Below are positions 10,639 through 19,600 of a DNA stretch of 64,000 nucleotides, piece after piece (the stretch's first letter is position 1; every line of letters starts with the position of its first letter). A program made the position numbers and the translations under genes. The DNA is from Halarcobacter sp. (GTDB taxonomy: Bacteria; Campylobacterota; Campylobacteria; Campylobacterales; Arcobacteraceae): positions 992,001 to 1,056,000 of the forward strand of contig CP182352.1 of assembly GCA_048571215.1 (NCBI GenBank). Reading direction: 5' to 3'. Under the pieces are notes generated by a model. It saw only the letters and a list, made by a program, of their open reading frames with translations, was not told where the DNA came from and did not search any database.

Positions 10639-11441
10639 AAAAAGATATTATAGAATTAAGTGATAAAGAGTTTGAACTTTTTCAAAAGCTTGTATTTAGT
10701 GAAATAGGGGTTTTCTTAGGGAACTCAAAAAAACACTTAGTAAAAAATAGATTATTAAAACAGCTAATAAAGTATGAATTAAACTCTTATAGTGATTATT
10801 TTAGATTAATACAAGTTAAAAAGAGTGAAAAAACTGTAATGTTAAATTTAATCACTACAAATGAAACATATTTTTTTAGGGAATATAGCCATTTTGAGTT
10901 TTTGCAAGAATATATTATATCAAAACAAAAAAACAATAATATTCGTGTTTGGAGTGCAGCAAGTTCAGTTGGTGCAGAGGCTTATAGTGTTGCAATGATG
11001 TTTGACAATGAGAATTTAAATTTTGAAATTGTTGGTAGTGATATAAATACAGAAGTTGTTAAAAAGGCTAATGTGGGTTTATATCCTATAAAATGGATGG
11101 ATAAAATTCCAGATGAACTTAAATTTAAATATTGTTTAAAAGGAAAAGGTAGCCATGAGGGGTGGTTTTTAGTTGATAGATGTTTATTAAAATATATGAA
11201 ATTCCAGCAAAGAAATCTAATAGAAGAACAGGGTGATTTAGGTTTGTTTGATGTAATTTTTTTAAGAAATGTATTAATATATTTTGATGATGAAACAAAA
11301 GAAAAAATTGTAAAAAATGTACTAAAGAATTTAAAAAGAGGTGGTTATCTAATCATCTCTTTAACAGAACATATTTATAATTTAGATAAGTATGGTTTAC
11401 AAAAAGTGCAAAGTTCTATATTTCAAAAGGTAAGTAGATGA
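10635..11441 (+). CDS. cheR: Chemotaxis methyltransferase CheR
   Basis: TTNETYFFRE, RVWSAASSVGAEAYS, FDVIFLRNVLIYFD. Confidence 0.95.
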   Translation: MKKDIIELSDKEFELFQKLVFSEIGVFLGNSKKHLVKNRLLKQLIKYELNSYSDYFRLIQVKKSEKTVMLNLITTNETYFFREYSHFEFLQEYIISKQKNNNIRVWSAASSVGAEAYSVAMMFDNENLNFEIVGSDINTEVVKKANVGLYPIKWMDKIPDELKFKYCLKGKGSHEGWFLVDRCLLKYMKFQQRNLIEEQGDLGLFDVIFLRNVLIYFDDETKEKIVKNVLKNLKRGGYLIISLTEHIYNLDKYGLQKVQSSIFQKVSR

Positions 11442-12238
11442 AAGATTTAAAAGTTTTAGTAGTATCAAGTAAGGGTGGAGTAGGGAAAAGTACAGTTTCA
11501 ATGCAAGTTATAGCACCTTTTTTATATGAACAAAATAGTAAACAAACTGTATCTTTTTATGAGTTTGATGATGAAAATATAGATTCCCTTAGTTATGGGG
11601 GAAGTAATCTAACAAAAAGAGAATCTATTGATGTTGAAGAGTTTGTTATTATGGACAAATTTATGGAGATACTTTCTAAAGATGAATTTGCATGTATTGA
11701 TGTTGGAGGAAATAAATCAACAAGCTTATGTTTAGATACCTTGAATGATTCAGGAATGATAAGTCAAATAGATTTAGCTGTAATTCCCCTTTTAGATGGA
11801 GAACAAGATGCTATAAATGCAAAAAGTGTTTATAAAAGATTAAAAGAGTTTGATTCTAGTATAAAAATCGCTTTTGCTTTAAATAGGGTAAAAAATCAGA
11901 AATTTGTAAAATATCAATTTGATAATTTCTTTGGAGATATTAGAGAGATTTTTAGTGATGAAGATGCTGTTATTAATATAATCAAAGAGGATGAAAAAGA
12001 GAACTATTTTTGTATAGAAGATGGTGATATTATAAAATATAGTAGAAAATTTGGAATGACAATTTATGAAATAGCTGAACAAGAAAGGGATTTTATATCA
12101 GAATTTAAAGATGCTAGTGAAGAGAAAGCTAGAAAATTAATAGCTTTTAAGAATTATGTTTACCAAAATGGTAAAAAGTATTATGAAAGTGTATTGAAAA
12201 ACGCTTTTAAAAAACTAGATACAATAATAAAAGGATAA
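11438..12238 (+). CDS. ParA/MinD-superfamily P-loop ATPase
   Basis: Deviant Walker A KGGVGKST, Walker B-like CIDVGG, ALNRV; coupled to cheR by an ATGA-type overlap. Confidence 0.75.
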   Translation: MKDLKVLVVSSKGGVGKSTVSMQVIAPFLYEQNSKQTVSFYEFDDENIDSLSYGGSNLTKRESIDVEEFVIMDKFMEILSKDEFACIDVGGNKSTSLCLDTLNDSGMISQIDLAVIPLLDGEQDAINAKSVYKRLKEFDSSIKIAFALNRVKNQKFVKYQFDNFFGDIREIFSDEDAVINIIKEDEKENYFCIEDGDIIKYSRKFGMTIYEIAEQERDFISEFKDASEEKARKLIAFKNYVYQNGKKYYESVLKNAFKKLDTIIKG

Positions 12239-12241
12239 GAT

Positions 12242-13135
12242 GTGATTAGTAACGTTTCAAATAAAGTATCTCTTCTTGCAGCTAATTCAAATATACTAGT
12301 TGTGGGTAATGTAAGTGAACAAATACACAATATGATTGATATCTCATTTTCAAATAAAGAGTTTTTTGATATCACTGCTGATTCATTAGAGATATTTAAT
12401 AACTCTTTGTTTGAACAGTTTGATATTGTTATAATCTCTTTTGATAGATATAGTTTTGAACTCTTTGAAAAGAATAATATAACAATACCAAAAGGGGGGA
12501 TTTATATTATTGAAGATGATGTGTATATTGATTTTAAAAAATATATAAATATCTCTTTTGCTACTCTTTTATCACCTATTGATGAAGATACCTTACTTTA
12601 TAAAATATACGCACGATTAGCAATAATAGAAACAAATGGATTTTTAAAAACAAAAGAAAAAGTTTTAAATAAATATAAAAACGATAGTATAAATAATGAG
12701 ATTGATACCTTCTTAGATCAATATAGTGGTAGCATCATGTTTATTAATGATGATTTAAATGATAGTTTAAAACGTTTAAAAGATTTAGAAATATCAAAAG
12801 AGGTGTTTTCAGATATTTCAGCTAACTTAGTTGAACTATCAAATATATTTGCTCAAAATAAAAAATTAGATCAATTATCTACACTCTTCTTAGAGTTTAG
12901 TCAGTTTTTAAACTCTTTGGATTTTGAGTCAATTGAACCATCCAGATTTGAAGCTTTTGATTATTTGACTACAATTGTTGAGGAGACAACTTTATATATT
13001 GATGAGCTTTTTGTATATAGACTTTTTAAAGATGTATCAGTTTTTGAGTATTCTATAGCAAACAACATCGAATACTTTGAATCAAAACTGTTTGGAAATG
13101 ATGAAAAAAATGAAGATAATTTGGAGTTTTTCTAA
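12242..13135 (+). CDS. Hypothetical protein (possible degenerate receiver plus helical bundle)
   Basis: 297-aa ORF inside the che operon, AAGGA RBS, stop overlaps cheB start; acidic tail DEKNEDNLEFF. Confidence 0.7.
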   Translation: MISNVSNKVSLLAANSNILVVGNVSEQIHNMIDISFSNKEFFDITADSLEIFNNSLFEQFDIVIISFDRYSFELFEKNNITIPKGGIYIIEDDVYIDFKKYINISFATLLSPIDEDTLLYKIYARLAIIETNGFLKTKEKVLNKYKNDSINNEIDTFLDQYSGSIMFINDDLNDSLKRLKDLEISKEVFSDISANLVELSNIFAQNKKLDQLSTLFLEFSQFLNSLDFESIEPSRFEAFDYLTTIVEETTLYIDELFVYRLFKDVSVFEYSIANNIEYFESKLFGNDEKNEDNLEFF

Positions 13136-14160
13136 TGATAAAAGTATTTATTATTGATGATTCAATGCTTATAAGAAATAGTATTAAAAAGATTTTAAAA
13201 AATGAAAAAAATATTATACTAATAGGGGAGGCACAAAACCCTGTTGATGCAATAGATGAACTTAAAAAAGTTGGTTTCCCTGATGTGTTTATTTTAGATA
13301 TTGAGATGCCTAAAATGGATGGAATTAGTTTTTTAAGAAAATTAAAAGAGCAAAAACCAATACCAACAATAGTATTCTCTTCAATCGTAGGAAACAATTC
13401 AACAAAAGCTATAGAAGCTTTAGAGTTTGGTGCATGTGAAGTTATAGAAAAACCAATAAATATGAATAAAATTGATAAAGATGATTTTGTAGATGAGTTT
13501 ATACAAAAAATAAAAGCAGCATCAAAATCAAAACATGTTGAGAATGATGTTATAATTAATAAAAATACAAGTAAAACAAATCTACTAGCAAGTAAAGTAA
13601 TTGCATTGGGTGCATCAACAGGTGGTGTTCAAACTATTGAAAATATTATTACAAACCTAAATAAAAACCATCCACCAATTGTGATAACACAACATATGCC
13701 AGCTGGATTTACAAAATCTTTTGCAAAGAGATTAAATAATATTTGTCCAAATTCAACTGTAGTAGAGGTGCAGGGTGATGAACTTTTAGAAGTATCTTGT
13801 GTTTATATTGCCCCTGGGAACTTGCATTTGGAAATAGAAAAAATAAGTAAAGGTAAATATAAGGCTATTTTAAAAGATTACCCAAAGGTTTCTAATCATA
13901 AACCAAGTGTAGATGTACTTTTCAAATCTGTTGCAAAAGAGGCTAAAAATGACTCAGTAGCTTTTATTCTAACAGGTATGGGTAAAGATGGAGCAAATGG
14001 AATAAAAAAGATTAAAGATGCAGGTGGAAGAACTTATGGTCAAGATGAAAATAGTTCAATAGTTTATGGCATGCCAAAAGTTGCATATGAGATGGATGCT
14101 ATTGAAAAACAAGTAAATCTTAATGAGCTTGTTGAGATAATAAATTCTATTGATAAGTGA
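13135..14160 (+). CDS. cheB: Chemotaxis methylesterase CheB
   Basis: Receiver (IDDS, LDIEMP) plus esterase triad motifs GASTGG, TQHMP, GMGKDG. Confidence 0.96.
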   Translation: MIKVFIIDDSMLIRNSIKKILKNEKNIILIGEAQNPVDAIDELKKVGFPDVFILDIEMPKMDGISFLRKLKEQKPIPTIVFSSIVGNNSTKAIEALEFGACEVIEKPINMNKIDKDDFVDEFIQKIKAASKSKHVENDVIINKNTSKTNLLASKVIALGASTGGVQTIENIITNLNKNHPPIVITQHMPAGFTKSFAKRLNNICPNSTVVEVQGDELLEVSCVYIAPGNLHLEIEKISKGKYKAILKDYPKVSNHKPSVDVLFKSVAKEAKNDSVAFILTGMGKDGANGIKKIKDAGGRTYGQDENSSIVYGMPKVAYEMDAIEKQVNLNELVEIINSIDK

Positions 14161-14161
14161 A

Positions 14162-15088
14162 CTAAACTTTAGCTAAAATAGATTTATTTCTCCCTTTATC
14201 TTTTGCTTCATATAAAGCATAATCAGCTCTTGTGATAGTGTGTTCTATATTGTCACTATCAAGTTCTAAATCAAATTGTGCTATTCCAAAACTTGCAGTA
14301 AATTTTATTATATCTTTATTTTTTGTAATAATTTTACTCTCTTCAAGTCTTATTCTAATCTTTTCTGCAACATCAAATCCAGCCAAACTATTACTATTTT
14401 GAAGAAGAACAACAAACTCTTCACCTCCAAAGCGAGCAACCACATCACTGCTTCTTACAGCTTTCTTAAGTTCACTTGCTACTTTTTTGATCACATAATC
14501 ACCAATTAAATGTCCATAGGTATCATTTATATTTTTAAATTTATCAATATCTAAAACTATTATCGCGATATTTTGATTATTTCGTTTTGCTAAGGATTTA
14601 ATTTTTTCTGATTCTTCTTTAAAATATCTTCTATTATAAAGATGAGTTAGAGGATCACGATGTGACATATCTTCCAATTCTTTATTTAGCTTTTTTAGTT
14701 TTGCATTGGTTTCACAAAGGCTAGTATGGTTATAAATATAGATACATACTTGTTCTTTTTCAATATCATAAGGTACTATTGTTACACTTTGTTGCATAGA
14801 GGTAAAAGTGGTATTAATAATATTATTTAAAGGTATTTCTATCAAAAAATGGTGAGGATCTATTGAATAAAAGGATGGGTTTTTTGTAATTAGTACAGAT
14901 TTTATTTTTCTTTGTAATCTTTTTTTATCTACATAAGTAAAGAGTTCACAAAAATTTTTACCTATAACTTCCTCTTCATATTTTTTTGTAAATAGTTCAA
15001 GCCAATTATTCCAAGCTAAAATATTTAACTCTTTATCTAAAATAACAATTCCATTATCAACTGTATTAAAGATCACACTATCTATCAT
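14162..15088 (-). CDS. PAS-containing diguanylate cyclase
   Basis: DPLTHLYNRR, DIDKFKNINDTYGH, RxxD I-site (RSSD), RFGGEEF. Confidence 0.93.
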   Translation of the reverse strand: MIDSVIFNTVDNGIVILDKELNILAWNNWLELFTKKYEEEVIGKNFCELFTYVDKKRLQRKIKSVLITKNPSFYSIDPHHFLIEIPLNNIINTTFTSMQQSVTIVPYDIEKEQVCIYIYNHTSLCETNAKLKKLNKELEDMSHRDPLTHLYNRRYFKEESEKIKSLAKRNNQNIAIIVLDIDKFKNINDTYGHLIGDYVIKKVASELKKAVRSSDVVARFGGEEFVVLLQNSNSLAGFDVAEKIRIRLEESKIITKNKDIIKFTASFGIAQFDLELDSDNIEHTITRADYALYEAKDKGRNKSILAKV

Positions 15089-15092
15089 TGTT

Positions 15093-15713
15093 TTAATACT
15101 CTTCTAATACGATATTAAGAGCTTTCTTAAGATATATAGAAGACTCTTTATTTGTCATAACAACAAGTTCACCATTTATTTGTTGATCCTCAAATTTAAG
15201 TTGGGTAGATATTATTATAATATTTTCATAGTTACATTGAAACTGCTTATTAAATTCACTTAAAGAGTCAAAAAAGCTAACTTTTGGAGATGAAAAGGAG
15301 ATTGAAGCTTTAATCAAGTCTGCAAGTTTTGCTGAAGTTGTAGAAGATAAGATATTTGTTATTTCTAATACTATATCTTTTATCTCATTTTCATCGATTT
15401 CATCTTCATCTAAATCAAACTCTTTTGCCAAATTTTTACTAGATTTACTATCTATAATAAATAAATTTTCACCTGATATTTGGCCATTTATTAATTGGCT
15501 TGCCATATAAAAAGAGTTATTAGTTACTAGACTTTCGATTAAATGTTCTTTTAATTTAGTTGCGGATATTGTTTCAATTTTTGGTATCCCAAGAGTTGCG
15601 AATTTATCAATAATTTTTGATACAGCAGCAGTCGCTGAAGCAAATGAGATATTCATCAATTCTTGTAAGCAATCTCTTTCATCTTCATTTAATCTGATTT
15701 GATTCTTGTCCAT
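15093..15713 (-). CDS. cheC: CheC-family phosphatase
   Basis: Two ExxN motifs (DCLQELMNIS; DIVLEITNIL). Confidence 0.82.
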   Translation of the reverse strand: MDKNQIRLNEDERDCLQELMNISFASATAAVSKIIDKFATLGIPKIETISATKLKEHLIESLVTNNSFYMASQLINGQISGENLFIIDSKSSKNLAKEFDLDEDEIDENEIKDIVLEITNILSSTTSAKLADLIKASISFSSPKVSFFDSLSEFNKQFQCNYENIIIISTQLKFEDQQINGELVVMTNKESSIYLKKALNIVLEEY

Positions 15714-15715
15714 TT

Positions 15716-16081
15716 TTAAAGTAAGCCTAGTTCTTCCATCATAGATTTTAAGTTATTTGCATCAATAGGTTTTTTTATAAAACCCATAGCTCCACTTTCT
15801 TGTGCTTTTGTTAAAGAATGTTCTTGGATATCAGCACTTACAATAATTATTTGTGCATCTGGATTTATACTACATATTTCTTTTGTTGCTTCAAATCCAT
15901 TTACTTCAGGCATAGTTAAATCCATAAAACATACTTCAGGATTATAAGTTTTATAGTATTCTATTGCTTCTTTTCCATTTGTAGCTTCAATAACCTCAAA
16001 CTCTTTATTTATTACCGCTTTTAAACTTTTTATTGTCATCTTTCTAGCAAGTTTTGCATCGTCTACTACTAAATATTTCAT
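15716..16081 (-). CDS. CheY-like single-domain response regulator
   Basis: VVDD, FMDLTMP, VSAD, KKP; start ATG 16081 (or TTG 16084). Confidence 0.9.
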   Translation of the reverse strand: MKYLVVDDAKLARKMTIKSLKAVINKEFEVIEATNGKEAIEYYKTYNPEVCFMDLTMPEVNGFEATKEICSINPDAQIIIVSADIQEHSLTKAQESGAMGFIKKPIDANNLKSMMEELGLL

Positions 16082-16302
16082 CAATTTTTCCTATTACAAA
16101 TAATGTATATATGCTATCTAAAATCAGCTTAACATAACTATTAATAGTATTAGTGTTTTAATTATTTATTAATTATTTTAATTTTGTAACATGTGTAAAA
16201 ACTTGTAATATTGTAAATAAATATCAAAATAAACTTACTTTTATATGAATAATTAAACAATCATACGCTATTTTATTGTTTAGATTATAATAAGGGTGAA
16301 TA

Positions 16303-18858
16303 TTGGATATTGTAAATAGTTTTGAAATAGAAGATGAAATTTTATATTATTATGACTTAAATAAAGTAATAAGTAAAAATTTAAAATTAAAAAAGTTACC
16401 TATTGTATTAAAAATACTTTTAGAATCCAATCTCAGAAAAGTAAACAATAATGAAGAGTTTGAAAATATAATTAATATTTTTTCAAATAGATTAAACCAT
16501 AAAATTGGTTTTTATCCTTCTCAAGTTATATTACAAGAGTTTACAGGGATTCCTGCTTTAGTTGATTTAGCATCAATGAGAGAATCAATAAAAGACCAGG
16601 GTGGAGATGTAAGTAAAATAAATCCTCAAATCTTAGTTGATTTAGTTATTGACCAATCCTTAAACACTACAAATATAGGTTCTATTGACAATTCTATAAA
16701 CAATACAAATAAAGTACATTTATCATACAAGCAAGGATATGAGTTTGTTAAATGGGCACAAAATACATTTTCTAATTTTAGAGTAGTTCCCCCAGGTTCA
16801 GGAATTTGTCATCAAGTTAATTTAGAATATTTATCAACAATTCTGCATGTAGAAAAAATAGAAGATAAGTATTTTTTATATCCAGAAACAATACTTGGTA
16901 CAGATTCTAACACTACTTTGATAAACTCTTTGGGTGTTTTAGGATGGGGAGTTGATAGTATAGAAGCACAAAGTGCTATGTTGGGTTTACCTATGTTTTT
17001 AAATCTACCTAAGGTTGTTGGTATTAATCTACATGGAGAGTTAAAAGAGGGAATCAATTCTACTGATTTGGTACTAACCCTAACAAAAAAATTAAAAGAG
17101 CATGATGTTACAGATAAATTAATTGAGTTTTATGGAGAAGGCTTAAGGTATTTAACTTTAGAAGATAGATCCACTGTTTCAAATATGGCTCCAGAATATG
17201 GTGCAAAGTGTTCTTTCTTTGCCATAGATAATCAAACAATATCATACTTTAATAAAACAAGAGATAATGAAAATTATGGAAAATTGATTAAATCATATTT
17301 ACAGAAGCAACATCTATTTTATGATGATAATGAAATATTAGATTATGATGAAGTGATTGATTTAGATTTATCCACCCTAGAACCCACAATTGTGGGACCA
17401 AAACGAGCCCATGATAGTGTTGATATAAAAACTTTAAAAGATATAGTTATAACAAAAGAATCAAAAGATTTAAAAGATGCAGATATTGTAATAGCTGCTA
17501 TTACCTCTTGTACTTCGTCTTCAAATCCTTACCTTTTAATTCACGCTGCATTGGTTGCTAAAAAAGCTCATGAATTTGGACTACATATAAGTGAACATAC
17601 AAAAGTTTCACTTGCACCAGGTTCTTTAGTAGTAAAAGAGTATTTAGAGAAGTTAGGCTTACTTAAATATTTAGAGATATTAGGTTTTCATATAGTTGGG
17701 TATGGGTGTACTACTTGTTATGCAAATCAAGGTACTTTAGATGAAAATTTAGAAGAACAAATAAAAACAGATAATTTAAATGTTTGTTCAGTTAGTTCTG
17801 GAAATAGAAATTTTGAGGCTAAGATGAACCCTTTAGTTAAATCAAATTATTTAATGTCTCCCTCTTTGGTAATAATTTATTCATTAATAGGAACTATGAA
17901 GTTTGATTTATTTGAAGATGTTATTGGTGTGATTGATGATAAAGATATATATTTAAGAGATTTATGGCCTACAAACAAAGAAGTAGGGGAGTATATGCAA
18001 AAACTCGATTATACTTTATATAAAGAGATATATAAAGATATATTTAAAGGTGATAAGTTTTGGCAAGATTTAAAAGTAGAAAAATCTGATACTTATAATT
18101 GGGATATAAACTCAACTTATATTCAAGCTTCAAAACTATTTGAAGATAAGGATACAGAAAAAACAGATATTAAAAATGCTCAAATTCTTGCTTTGTTTGC
18201 AGATAAGATTACAACAGAATATATTTCACCTTTAGGACAAATATCTTTATACTCTCCAGCTGCTAAATATTTAGAGAGTAAGGGAGTTAAATCTTTTGAG
18301 TATAGTACTTTTGCAAGTAGAAGAGGAGATGCAGAAGTTATGACAAGAGGAACTTTTGATGATAATAGAATACAAAATGCAATGGTAACAAAAGAGGGTG
18401 CTTATACTATGGATTATGAGACAAATGAGATTGTCTCAATCTATGATAAAGCTATGAAGTTTAAAAAACAAAATATACCTCTTGTGATATTTGCAGGGGA
18501 AGAGTATGGTAAAGGTGATTCAAGGGATTGGGCAGCAAAAGGAACAAAACTACTTGGCATAAAAGCAATAATTGCAAAGTCATTTTCAGAACCCCATAGA
18601 AAAAACCTAATAGAGTTTGGTGTTTTACCTTTACAGTTTATTGATGATGATATAAAGAGCTTAAAACTAAAGGGGAGTGAAAGTATCACAATTGAATTTG
18701 ATGAACTAAAGGTAGAAAGTAAGGTTTTAGCAACTATACATAAAAAAGATTTAGATATAAAAATCGAGTTGAGATGTAGAATTGATACTTTAACAGAGCT
18801 CAATTTTTATAAAAGTGGTGGGGTATTATCTTATTTGCTAAATGAAATGATAAAATAA
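16303..18858 (+). CDS. Aconitase A / IRP-family protein with substituted catalytic residues
   Basis: Colinear with AcnA (GICHQVNLE, NMAPEYGA, AAITSCT, GYGCTTC, SGNRNFE, SRDWAAKG), but DHS>DQS, DSHT>DSNT, GSSR>GDSR. Confidence 0.88.
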   Translation: MDIVNSFEIEDEILYYYDLNKVISKNLKLKKLPIVLKILLESNLRKVNNNEEFENIINIFSNRLNHKIGFYPSQVILQEFTGIPALVDLASMRESIKDQGGDVSKINPQILVDLVIDQSLNTTNIGSIDNSINNTNKVHLSYKQGYEFVKWAQNTFSNFRVVPPGSGICHQVNLEYLSTILHVEKIEDKYFLYPETILGTDSNTTLINSLGVLGWGVDSIEAQSAMLGLPMFLNLPKVVGINLHGELKEGINSTDLVLTLTKKLKEHDVTDKLIEFYGEGLRYLTLEDRSTVSNMAPEYGAKCSFFAIDNQTISYFNKTRDNENYGKLIKSYLQKQHLFYDDNEILDYDEVIDLDLSTLEPTIVGPKRAHDSVDIKTLKDIVITKESKDLKDADIVIAAITSCTSSSNPYLLIHAALVAKKAHEFGLHISEHTKVSLAPGSLVVKEYLEKLGLLKYLEILGFHIVGYGCTTCYANQGTLDENLEEQIKTDNLNVCSVSSGNRNFEAKMNPLVKSNYLMSPSLVIIYSLIGTMKFDLFEDVIGVIDDKDIYLRDLWPTNKEVGEYMQKLDYTLYKEIYKDIFKGDKFWQDLKVEKSDTYNWDINSTYIQASKLFEDKDTEKTDIKNAQILALFADKITTEYISPLGQISLYSPAAKYLESKGVKSFEYSTFASRRGDAEVMTRGTFDDNRIQNAMVTKEGAYTMDYETNEIVSIYDKAMKFKKQNIPLVIFAGEEYGKGDSRDWAAKGTKLLGIKAIIAKSFSEPHRKNLIEFGVLPLQFIDDDIKSLKLKGSESITIEFDELKVESKVLATIHKKDLDIKIELRCRIDTLTELNFYKSGGVLSYLLNEMIK

Positions 18859-18861
18859 ATT

Positions 18862-19599
18862 TTATAAAACAGTATTATAAAGCATCACACTAAGAATTAT
18901 AAGATTCATTATAAGTATAAATATTTTATAGTTCTTAACACCTGTTGTATTTTTAGTTTTAATTCCAAAATATACTCCAACTAAAGATGCAAGACCTATG
19001 ATTAAGCCTTCATGATAAAGCATTTGACCACTCAAAGATAGTGAAGCAAAACCTGCAATTGATGAAAAAATCACAAAAAATAGGCTAAGACTAGTAGCTA
19101 CTTTTAATGGATACTTCATAACTCCAACTAAAATTGGTATAAGTAAAATAGCTCCGCCAACTCCTATACTCATAGCAATAACTCCAACAAAAAAACCTAA
19201 TATAAAAAGAATGAACTTATTATGGTGTTTTATTTCACAATCAGGTTCAGCAGGAGAGATAAATAGTTTGATAATTGAAAAAACTACTATAATAATAAAT
19301 ACATATTGTAAAAATTGGTTAGATACTAAAGAGTGTATAAAGCTATTTAAAAGCCCTCCACAAGAACCTCCAATACCTAAAATAAACCCATCTTTGACTA
19401 GATTTTTTACCTTTTTTGAGTTTAAGAAAGAGCCATAAATAGAACTAAATACCATTTGCATTATTGCAATTGCAATCGCTTCTTTCATTAAAAAACCACT
19501 TGTTACTAACATTGGAGTTAGTATTGTTCCTCCACCTAATCCAAAAAAACCAGATATGAAACCTGCAATTAGCCCAAATGATATAAGTTCTAAAGTCAT
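18862..19599 (-). CDS. Sulfite exporter TauE/SafE-family membrane protein
   Basis: Repeated GFFGLGGG / SIGVGGA..IP motifs, about 8 hydrophobic segments. Confidence 0.88.
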   Translation of the reverse strand: MTLELISFGLIAGFISGFFGLGGGTILTPMLVTSGFLMKEAIAIAIMQMVFSSIYGSFLNSKKVKNLVKDGFILGIGGSCGGLLNSFIHSLVSNQFLQYVFIIIVVFSIIKLFISPAEPDCEIKHHNKFILFILGFFVGVIAMSIGVGGAILLIPILVGVMKYPLKVATSLSLFFVIFSSIAGFASLSLSGQMLYHEGLIIGLASLVGVYFGIKTKNTTGVKNYKIFILIMNLIILSVMLYNTVL

Positions 19600-19600
19600 A

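Noticed and set aside
16185..16282. Four TGTAA repeats and a TAAACAAT/ATTGTTTA hairpin upstream of the aconitase-like gene as an operator or IRE
   Set aside because: Spacing is irregular (9, 10, 8), the stem is AT-rich, and there is no CAGUG loop; compatible with chance.
16303..18858. Calling this gene a functional acnA/acnD, or a pseudogene
   Set aside because: The catalytic His and Ser are substituted, yet the ORF is full length with intact Fe-S ligands, so neither label is supported.
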